Assembly (NCBI GenBank): GCA_008632985.1
Contig: QPGO01000020.1
Location: forward strand, 248,001-312,000
Direction: 5' to 3'
Origin: Psammoneis japonica
Lineage: Eukaryota
DNA length: 64,000 nt
The notes below the pieces were generated by a model. The model ran no database searches. It saw only the letters and a list, made by a program, of their open reading frames with translations, and had not been told where the DNA came from. Both the position numbers and the translations under genes were made by a program. Shown one piece after another: positions 38,255 through 48,419 of the stretch (positions are counted from its first letter, which is position 1; each line of letters begins with the position of its first letter).

Positions 38255-39416
38255 TCACTCATGTCTGTTCTTGCACGTTTCCTCGGCAGTGCCAAGCCCA
38301 CACATGTCTGGTTTGTTTGTCAAGAACAAGAGTGACACATCTGGATCATCGCTCGAGTTTGCCAAAACATTGGGCCACAATGCCAACGGCGTGTCGTCCT
38401 TGCGGAGCAGATGGCGTCTGGCCCCATTCCAAGCTGTGCAGCAATTCATTTCAGGCTGCACGGCATTGAATGGAGCAGTGACATCCGTCAGCGAATGTGA
38501 AGCCTCTCCAATTTCCTGCGATGTTGTTGTCAGGCTCCCACAACCCCGCAAAGAAAGCTCTCTCAAGTTTGTCAGTGCCTGCAGCACGGCTGTTGGGATC
38601 TCCGTCAGTTCAGTGCATTCATCAAGAAGCAGACTTTCCAAGCTCGTAAGTGACTCAAGCTCCCTTGGCAGCTCTGCAATGCCAGAGCAGCTGCTTGGAT
38701 CCAACATTTCAAGATTCACCAGATTCCCAATGGCTTCTGGCAATTCTTCAAGTTGCTCGCAGTCAGACACATTCAACCGTGTCAAATTGGTCAACTGAAA
38801 TGTTTTGTTCAGAAGAAAAGTCAATCCGGAACAACCACGCAGATCAAGGGAAAACAACCCGCGGAGATTTCCAATTTCTCTTGGCAGCTGTGCAAGGGAC
38901 TCGCAACCAAACAACATCAAGTGTTCCAGTTCTTGCAATTGTCCAATCTCCGCAGGCAGTTGCTCAAGACTCATGCAAAAAACAAGAACCAGCACACAAA
39001 GTCACTGCAGTTGGCCAATTTCTGGAGGCAAACGGATGAGATTCTCACAGTGAAACACTTCCAAACAAACGAGCCGAGTCAACATGCCCACCTCATGCGG
39101 AAATTCAATCAAACTGTCGCGTCGGTTCAGTCCGATGCTTCTCGCCGCGATGAAACTTTCACGACCTCTTTCAATTTCAGCGTGACATCTCAAATCCTCT
39201 TGCATTTGCCCAGTTGCCTGAGAAAGAGCTTGAAAACTCGATCAGAAGGATCCATCTCGTTGTCATGTGGTCGTTAGAGTTGCTCTTGATTTTGCTTTGG
39301 ATTGAAGGCAAGAAACAAAGTGGGGCGGCGGGCGGCAGGCGGCGGAGGAGTGCCACGGGGATTCCCACGTTGACGAAGGCACCATCATCGATGCCAGAGG
39401 AGAAGCAGTCGGACAT
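38255..39416 (-). pseudogene. Leucine-rich-repeat protein (LxxLPxEIGxLxxLxxLxLxGC) pseudogene
   Basis: About 8 LRRs of 24 aa plus C-terminal NGARRHLL..PLALWPNVLA...DV motif. In-frame TGA at 39002-39004 where Arg (CGA) fits; no Tyr in the translation. Confidence 0.85.
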
Positions 39417-39999
39417 GGTTGGGAGAGGGAGAGGGAGCAAAAAATCGCTTTTCCAGTGCTTTGGAATGATCCAGTCACGTTGATCAGGGTTCCTGTCTCA
39501 ACAAAGATGGAAAAGTGAGAGCAATAAAACGCCGACAGGTTTGACAGGTCTCCGTGACCAGTCATCTTGGGCCAGAAGTACCCGCTTCTGGAAGAGGCAC
39601 AAGTCTTAGGACATTTTCCGATGAGAGGTCTTGCAACGCACGGTTCGTCTCCATCTAAACTTGGGTACGAGGAGTGCTGTGTGCTGTGCTCGCTGCGCGT
39701 GAAGAGACGCTTCCACTGTGCCATGTCATCGCTCGGAGTGCAGACAGCCGAGGCGGAGGCAGGGAATCTGTGGGATTCGGGTATTTGATAATGATCATTC
39801 AACGGAAAGCTTCACTATCAAAATCAGACAGTACCCATGATGTTATAGACATATTATATTGTTGAATAAGTTGATTCATTCGTGAGATGGGCCAAAATTT
39901 CAAAAAATGTATGACGCATCACAAAGCAGAGGGGAGGTTTTCCAACTTCAGCACTCTTGAAAATGCGATGGGTGTGGAACAGGGGATACAACCAACAAA

Positions 40000-42725
40000 A
40001 TGCTTTTTCGTAGCAGGGTTACTTGTGTTGCTCTAATTACGGCATTGCTGCTCTGTGCCATCAATAAGGAACTCCGTAAAGAGCCTTTAGCGAGAGATCA
40101 CAAGAGAAATCACCAGCGGCTTTCAGATTGTCAGCAACACGAGTCATCACGAAGATTGAACAACCTATTTACTCCTACAAATTTGGACGGAGCTCTATAC
40201 TCAATTCCGATCATAAGTGCATTCGCATCCTCACATGTGGACAATTATGCTGCAGAAAATGCAATCGACAGCAATCGAGGTTCGCGGTGGACCAGTAAAA
40301 ACCGAAATTCAGAGTGGCTCGCCGTTGAACTAAATGGAGTCTACCTGGTGGAACAAGTGACGATTGACTGGGGATTTCGTTTCCGTGGAGCATTCAAAAT
40401 TGATACGTCAACGGATGGAAGGAGTTGGTCGACAAGACTTCTAGCTAATGGAAAGGGCAAAAGAAAAAGCAAAATGAGTCTTCCAAGTGATTCAGTCGCG
40501 AGGTATGTACGAATGACTGGTACAAGAAAGGGCCGTCGCCAGATTGGATACTCCGTGTATGGGATAGTAGTTCGAGGGAGAGTGCAAGCTGGCGGCTTAT
40601 CTCCAACACCGCGGCCATGGCTAACGATTAATCCTACACGTGCAACTCCAACACCATCAGAGCAGTTGGGACCCATCCCTATCATGGTTCGAGCATACTC
40701 ATCGTCTCACGAAAAAACGCACGTCGCCGAAAATGCTATCGACAAACGCTCATCGACACGGTGGGCGAGTGACCGAAGTGATAATCAGTGGATCGCTGTG
40801 GAGCTTCTTCAATTATCTACTGTGGGGTGTGTAGTTTTACAATGGGAGGCTGCGTATGGCAGAGAGTACAGGATAGACACATCTGTCGACGGGACGATTT
40901 GGAAAACCCAGTATGTTCAGACATATGGCGGAGGTCGTACTGAAAAGATTCAACTACCAGCTCGTACAGTGGTCAAGTACGTGAGACTCGCCTGCAAAAA
41001 GCGAGGAACAAGATATGGCTACTCCTTGTGGGAACTAGATGTTCGGAGGGGGTGCAACGAGCCACCTTCACCACTTGCTCCTGCGACGGCACGACCAACG
41101 CTTGCAACCCGACTTCCTACAAGTAATTCACCAATGCCTCCACCTTCGATAACCATTGAGGATCAGCCTCTTCTCGCTAAAGTTGGCAACAACGGATCGC
41201 CGTCCAAGGCATTTCCATTGAAACTGTGTCAGTAAGTATTGTTGGCGTTTGTCGTTTCGTTCTTCGCCAGTGCACTGACCGGTCTACTTCCCCTTTTTGT
41301 TCTTACCAAAGCGGAGACGTAAGTCTAGTTTCGGTTCCCAGTTCTTGTTAGCGTCCTTCACTGTTCGAATGATCTAATGTATGGTAGTTCATCTGCACCT
41401 GCACAATTCTCTTTATATAGTGCGATTCTCCCACTGACTGCGAAGGAAGTCTTCAATGCTTTCAGAGGAATGGTTTCACTCAAATTCCAGGATGTCAGGG
41501 GAGGGGTGAGATCGACAGGGATTACTGCTACGAATCGTCGACTCTACCGTCTCCGAGACCACAACAACTTCCACTTCCGCTTCCGCCAGGGTCCAGTATC
41601 ACATATTATCCAGGAAATTTGTCCGTTCGACAACTAGGATGGAAGTTGTCACAAGGTTTGCGTATTCGCGAAATCGCGCACTCGGGGGAGCGCGTACGAT
41701 TTGTGAATGGCGGTCTATCAGGAATGGACTTTCACAGACTTCCCGACGGTGCAGAGTGCTTCGTGCACCCAGATGGAGCTCACCATGGCTTTGCCTATGT
41801 CTCGAATTCTGAGGAAGACGGCGGCAAAGGTGGAGTAGGGGCAATTTATTTCAATACTGCTGGAGATGTTGTGGACTATCGCATGCTTCTCCGTGGAACG
41901 TGGCGTAACTGTGGGGCCGCAAAAACTCCATGGGACTCCTACATGACAATGGAGGAACAGAAACGAGGTCGCGGTATTTGGCAAGTAGATGCTTGGAATC
42001 GACGTGCTCCTCAGTTGACGGTTCTGGGTCTTGGACCGGATTCCTATGAGAGCTTTGCCTATGACTTCCGCGACGAAAACGAGCCCAAGTTCTTCTTTAC
42101 CGTAGACAGGGAAGCTGGGCCTGTTGGTCGCTTCATTCCAAGCAGAAGTTCTATAACGACAGATCCTAGCAAACAGTGGGAAATGCTACACGACAACAAA
42201 GGGGTGCACAAATGGCTGGTCTTAAAAAGTGGCGGCAAGTTCGAGTGGTCGTCAAGCAAATCGAAGGGAGAGGCCTCTTCTAAAGCTAGATTTAGGTACG
42301 GCGAAGGTATCGAGCATCACGATGGAAAGCTATATCTGGTCAGTAAACGCCAACGTGAAATGTTTATCTTAGACCTTGATCATGGCACTTATTCTGTGGA
42401 AAGTACGAGACGCGGCTACTTTCGGGGAACACCGGATCAAACTAGATTTCAACCTAGTTCATCACGAAACCAAGATCCAATGTATCCATTGCTCTATTTC
42501 ACTGAAGAAGGCAGTAGTCCAGGTGTTCACGTAAGGACCATGTTTGATGAATGGTTCACAGTGCTTGAAAGAGATGGTGGCGGAGGCGAAACTTCGGGGT
42601 TGGCCCTCACCCCCGACAGCCAATTCATGTTTGTTGCATTGCAATCTCAAGGTAGGGTTTTCCAACTATGGAGAAGTGATGGCCGCCCTTTCAACGATCC
42701 CGTCGTTAAAATAAAATACATGTAA
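40000..42725 (+). CDS. Secreted/anchored multidomain protein: 2x F5/8 type C (discoidin/CBM32) + frustulin-like Cys domain + PhoX-like (DUF839) domain; join(40000..41231,41312..41318,41421..42725)
   Basis: Hydrophobic N-terminus; AENAID...RWxS...QWIAVEL...WEAAY..Y twice; spliced LKLCHGDCDSPTDCEGSLQCFQRNG..IPGC..DYC; FHRLPDGA, YVSNSE..GGVGAIYF, RNCG..KTPW, GETSGLALTPD. Confidence 0.88.
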
Positions 42726-43214
42726 GAGAGGAGACGGACATTCTACGTCCTAACTAGAGAGAGCTACTCACTCGAGTAGCTACTTTCCTCTCTAGAGTAG
42801 AGAGAGAGAGAGAGTAGTGACCAAACTGAAAACAGTGGCAAATACTCGTACTCTCTAGCTAGCTAGAGAGAGAGTACAGTACAAATAAAATAAAAATTCA
42901 TCACGCCTACTCTAGCTAGTACTGTAGAGAGTAGAGAGTACGGTAGACTGAAATTTGATGATCATACAACATACAGTCATTGCTCATGTCACAGAATCAG
43001 AACCTTTCTGACGCTAGTGACGTCAAAAGTTCAATGAGAACCCGCACCTGAAGAGAGAGCCCGCCTTCACGAAAAATCGAAAAAATACAAGGTCGGTCGT
43101 GTCGTCACTCGTCACACTGTCAAAGAACAAATCGACCAGGGTTCGCATCCACAATCCAACATAAACAACTGATCCACAAGTCCATCTTTCTGTACAACTG
43201 AACCAGCAACAAAC

Positions 43215-43757
43215 ATGATCATCTCTTCATTTATGATCCCGTCTGACAAGGTCGCCGTCTGTCGCCCCAACGATCCTCTCAAGGTTGCACTCGACGCGAT
43301 GGTGGCGAAGAAGATAGGTGCCATCATCGTCGTTTACCCAAACGACCCTCGCAAGGCCGTAGGAATCCTTACCAAGACTGATTTTGTCGAAGCCTACCAG
43401 AAGGGATTGGTGCTTGAAACGCCTGTAAAGGAAATTATGAGTGAGGACCTCAAGACTCTGCGTGACAACCTATCGACCGACCATGCGGTCAAGCTGCTTG
43501 AAGACAACAAGACCCATCATGCTGTTGTCGTCGACGGAGACGACCACTTCGTCGGAATTGTAAGCTCGTGGGACATCTGCGCCGATCGCAATAGCGAGCG
43601 AAAGGCCTGGCCGTGGAATAGGACCGAAGATGGCAAGTTCCATAAACCCACTAACTCTTCTCCCTCTCCACCCTCTCCGACGTCTGTAAAGCGTGAGTCG
43701 CATACCTTCTTAGAATACGTCGACTCGGTACGCGATTTGCCGTTTATGGATGACTGA
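43215..43757 (+). CDS. CBS-domain-pair protein
   Basis: AVGILTKTDF, PVKEIMS, HHAVVVD..FVGIVSSWDI; open frame. Confidence 0.9.
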   Translation: MIISSFMIPSDKVAVCRPNDPLKVALDAMVAKKIGAIIVVYPNDPRKAVGILTKTDFVEAYQKGLVLETPVKEIMSEDLKTLRDNLSTDHAVKLLEDNKTHHAVVVDGDDHFVGIVSSWDICADRNSERKAWPWNRTEDGKFHKPTNSSPSPPSPTSVKRESHTFLEYVDSVRDLPFMDD

Positions 43758-44370
43758 GGCGTATTCTCAAGGTATGTGTGAAGCTTCGAAACGTTCTACA
43801 AGTATGCGGAACCGACGTTAATTTGTTTAGTTAGTAGAGAGCGCTGTCGCGAAGCGCTATTAAATTAAAATAATAACTTCGGTACTGCCATACTTTTTAA
43901 GCCGTCAGTGCGCTTTGAACTCCCCAAACCACCTCTTGGGTGCACGGTGCACTGACAAGATAACTTGGGAGCTTCAGAATCTCAATCTTCTCGCCATCAT
44001 GGCAACATGACATTCAACATTGAACTCGCACTCGGGTCGATTTTCGGTATCCAACCGACTCGTAAACAATGAGTTGAGACTGCCTACTACATACTCCCTT
44101 TTTGTTTGCAGCTAGGCAACAGCTATACAACGATATTGATACTTGGGATGGCAAGATTTGATATTGGTCAAGCATCTACAATTTTATTGGCTACCGACCG
44201 CACCTCCAACCGCATGTCAATGGCAAAGACTACGAAATGTCACCTTTTCTATACAGTATTCTAATACTCTGGCGGAGAAATGTAGATCAAATTACTTTAG
44301 CTGCAATAGCAAGCATCCAGCAACTGCATGTCGACCGGCTTTCGACCGCTCTCTACAAAGAGACCGTCCT

Positions 44371-45041
44371 CTAGTCGGTCGCGGCAGGCATCGAGCTCTT
44401 GTGATGCTCCCTGTGCTTCCTTCCGCCACTGTGAATCACTTTGATAGGATCATCGTGTCCTGCTTTGTGGTGCTTCATATCCGCCTTGTCATTGATAGTC
44501 TCGATTTGATCTCTTAGCTTTTGAGCCTCTCCAGGTTTGTCGTGAGCCTCGGCATATTCAATCTGAGCCTCCAGCTTTTCCACCATGTGGCGATCTTTCC
44601 TTGTTATCAGGGAAAAAGTGACAAAATCCAGAATGAGTTGACCAAATCTCAATCTCCTTACGGACCGAAGCAATCAGTTGTCGATATATCGAGCTTACTT
44701 TGAAAGGTTGTCACTTAGCAGAAGATGAGGCTTGACTTCGCCTGTGCCGATGTAGATGGGGTCATGCTCCTTATTGTGCTGTTTCTCAACCTTTTTATGG
44801 TGGGGTACAACATTATGGCCACCGTGGCTGCCATGGCCTCCATGACCGCCCTTTTTGTGATCGCCCTTGTGATCCTTTCTGCAAAAGCAAGATCATGGAT
44901 GCGAACCTTTGTGAGTGAGAGCGCATAATGAAATTTTCGCGCTAACTCTTCACCATAGTTGCTCACACGCACCACAAAACTGAAGCAGCGACGAACGAAA
45001 CGATTTACGTACTTGTGGTGACCGCTGTCCTTTTTGGTCAT
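44371..45041 (-). CDS. Small His/Lys/Gly-rich hypothetical protein (~145 aa); complement join(45013..45041,44699..44878,44371..44599)
   Basis: Two GT-AG introns (134 and 99 nt) with compatible phases give MTKKDSGHHKKDHKGDHKKGGHGGHGSHGGHNVVPHHKK...HREHHKSSMPAATD. Confidence 0.75.
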
Positions 45042-45366
45042 CGTCAAGTCTTGCTCTCAAAAATACTGTAATTGTTCTCTGCTTTGTGTGATGGACGGAG
45101 TCACGAAATCACAAATCACACGCCCTTCCATTCCAAACTGCGGGGTTCTCATTTTTTGTTGCTCGTGTCAACTCGCGCCGTGCAAACGCGCGTAACATTG
45201 TCGGGTGGATGTCCAGACCATAAATGACGTACGATCAACGGACGGCCACGTCATCAATCTCTCGCTCAAAGATCTTCCGCCGAACTTTGTGTCAGCACTT
45301 TCACTTTTGGGCGACGGCAATGGGCCGGCGTTTATCACAGCGGCTCTCTTATTGTAGCAAACAACA

Positions 45367-45837
45367 ATGACCTCGCAATCCGTACCGAAACTCCTGGTCT
45401 TGGTCCTGATTGCCGTTTTCGTATCAGCGATCTCAGCCTTTACCACTCCGACACCCGCTTTTCATCGCTCCCCCAGTCCGGTGCTTGCTCGAGAATGGCC
45501 TCGCATGGCCTCGTCAGATGCAGGTCCAGCAGTGCTTGAGCCGGAAACGATCGAAAAGGTTCAAGAAGACAAGAAACAGGAATCTGCCGGTACAAAGATG
45601 CCCGCATGGGAAGTGCGTCTATGGAACGACCCCTATAACAAAAGAGAGTTTGTTGCGCGGTGCCTGACGCAAGTTTGTGGACTCAGTGACGGGCAGAGCT
45701 ACCAAGTGATGATGCAAGCTCACCAGAATGGAATGGGTGTGATTGGAAGATATGATTTTGAAATTGCAGAACTTTACAATAAATCACTCAAGGACAATGG
45801 ATTAATGGTTGACATGGTGCCTGTAGACGATGAATAA
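45367..45837 (+). CDS. clpS: ATP-dependent Clp protease adaptor ClpS, plastid-targeted
   Basis: Signal peptide ending AISA-FTTP; WEVRLWNDPYNKREFVARCL...YQVMMQAHQNGMGVIG ClpS core. Confidence 0.9.
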   Translation: MTSQSVPKLLVLVLIAVFVSAISAFTTPTPAFHRSPSPVLAREWPRMASSDAGPAVLEPETIEKVQEDKKQESAGTKMPAWEVRLWNDPYNKREFVARCLTQVCGLSDGQSYQVMMQAHQNGMGVIGRYDFEIAELYNKSLKDNGLMVDMVPVDDE

Positions 45838-46232
45838 GGTCTCGTTGCAATCAAGAGATGCTGTGATGCGTCGCAGAAGAACGAGTTAATCGTTTACGTT
45901 TTTAAGATATACATTCATATTATTTTTACTTTTATGTTTAGTGTCAATCTCATTCACTTCTTATACTGTAGGCGCATTTGAGCAATGTTCAAGCGGTCTG
46001 GAAAGGGACGTGCATGTCAACTATGGCGCTATCGTGTGGGTGCGTACAAGATCCCGATGGAGTGGAAGAAAGGTTGTCCACGGTCAGAAACCTCCTCATA
46101 TTCTACTGAACGTAGGAGTAACGACATATCTGGTGACGCGCAGCCGCTGCTGCAATGGAAGAAGATGTAGAGAATTTCATTTTGACTACTGGTATGAATT
46201 TGTAAGACCCTGCTATATCTAAAATGCCCTGG

Positions 46233-48000
46233 CTACGCTACGTCCTCGGCGTCGTCCAATTCGTGGAATCCTAGCATTTCGAACATTTCCTTGCTCTCCA
46301 TTGTCCTTGGTTCAAGCATAACACTGCCGGATCTTCCTAACTTCTTGGCATGCTGTCGCACGGCGTCGACAAGCTTCCGTCCGACGAGACTCTTTCGGGC
46401 GGACGGTCGTATTACAACGTCAGACATTGCGCCGGTTTGTTCATTGTACGATGCACATCCAACGACCTGCAAGCCTCTCTTTACAACGAACGAGACAGAT
46501 TTACTGGCGTCCGTACCGGACTCTGCATTGTTGTTTTCTTCAACGCACAAACTGTCTGAGCTGCGACTCGACTTCATTGCTATCTCCCGACCAAGATACA
46601 GCGAGTGAAGAGCCTTGGTTTGCTCTCTGACGTGCTCCTCCATTTCATCCGCAAAAGCTACAGAGACTTCATCATCTAGGAGGAACTCATCATCAGGAAC
46701 AATGTAAGACCAACCATCTTTGAGGCTACCGCCGCTACGAAGAGACGAGTGTTCATTTGGATGGAAATGAGGCGTTTGATTAGAGGCCATGATTAGAAAG
46801 CGACCATTTCCAAAGTATTCCAGCTCGGTAATACCGGTGTTGAAGTGAACGAATGCAGAGCCTTTTAACCAAGAGAGTTTGCAAAGTTTAAAGAAAAACG
46901 AGCGAGAAGGAAAAACGGTTATGTGAGTAAGGGCATGCATTATTTGATTCTAATGTCTCCCGGTCAGAACTTACGATGTGGTACTCCCTCATTCTCAACA
47001 AAGTGACCGAAACCAGCAACAATCCGTTTGAGCACTAGACCCATGAAATCAGCGTGTCCTATCAACAGGGCCGTGCGCCTTCTTCGCTGCCTCGGACTAA
47101 TCTTGTCGTGTTCACACTCACTCTCCTCACCCTCGACTGTCACGCCGGCATCAAAAATATCATCATGTTTAGAAAATAGCTGAGAGTCCAAATGTTCGCA
47201 TAACCACAAGTAGAACTTGGCGGCTCGTGTTTCGGCTTCGGCGCGGGTTTCGGGCCCCGTTCCCTCTACATACCATCCCCTGGAGGGATTCGGAAATCCC
47301 TCGAACTCCAAGTCATCTGGCTTCGTGACAGCAGCTTGTAGCAGCGACGTGATTTCTGTCGGATTCATTCCCTCCTCTGCGTGGCATGAAAGAGATTGTG
47401 AGATCACATTGGTACGGCTTCCTTTGAAGGTAGAGAAAGAGAAATTCGCCACGCAACATGTGCCTTACCCGCCTTCTCTCGAATGTGGCAACCTTCAGAC
47501 TCATGATAGAAACCATTGACAATTACATGACACTTCGACTCCTTATGATTTGGAGACGCCGTAATTTTCTCTAGAGTTGGTCGAATGGTTTCCAGAGTTC
47601 GTCTCATTGGACTGACCACAAACTGAATAGGACGCGAAGCTTGATTGAGCAAATGTGGAACCAAAAAGTCAGCCAACCGTTCTGACTGTTTCTTCCCCCT
47701 GTCGCTCAAACCAGGATCCGCCCCTCGATGTTGGTCTACGTAGCTGTTCCAGCCGTCTTGGTCGAAATCAGGTGTTCCGCCACCAAAGAGTCGCCTAGCG
47801 TCCCGGTATACTTGGTTGTTTTGACTCTCTGCATGCCTAATCATTCGAACAGAAATAGATGCGCGTACCGAGCCTTCCAGGAACAAAATTAGAGCAAGAT
47901 GAGCACGAGATAACTGCCAACTCTCTCTACTAGAGAACAGTACTCACGAGATCAACTCACCCTCCTTGTTTTCCACTGGTTCTTTGTCCTTGGATGACAT
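46233..48000 (-). CDS. Histidine phosphatase (phosphoglycerate-mutase-like) with C-terminal GNAT-like domain, 4 exons
   Basis: MIRHAESQNN, DPGLSDRGKKQ, VSPMRRTLET, LIGHADF, FVHFNTGIT; C-terminal DVVIRPSARKSLVGRKLV...MFEMLGF (GNAT motifs A/B). GT-AG introns at about 47874-47960, 47377-47469 and 46862-46974. Confidence 0.85.
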
Positions 48001-48419
48001 TTTGTTTCCTTCTGCCGAAAAGACAAACAGTTTGCAAGGATCAGTGAAGCAGAACGGGGGATGATGATTCATGAGAAACGGGGGTAGAACGTGCGTAAAG
48101 TACCTGAATCTCTTTAGATCTCTAGGGGAACGGTGAATTGCATCACTCTCAGCAACGCAACAACAACGTAAGAAAAGTAACGAGAAGTTGTGAACGAGAT
48201 ACTGCTAGACTTTACGGCACCGTACTCTATCTACCAGTAGTAGGTCGAAGTGACGCCATGGCGCATGCATACACCGCATAGCGGGCCGACTGACGACTGA
48301 CGACGGCGCGCAGACGTGACCTGCACGCGCACGACGCGCGGACGCACAAAAAATCATTTCGGTCACTGTCTGGGGTCAGTCTGGGGGAGAAAACAGCCCC
48401 TTGGGCGCGCCACAAACAT

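Larger units (their letters stand above)
29460..39750. other. TpA-depleted block C (CpG nearly absent 29.5-35 kb, largely present 35.7-39.7 kb)
   Basis: Dinucleotide pattern read directly; dense Tyr-free, Cys/His-rich spurious ORFs in all frames. Confidence 0.93.
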
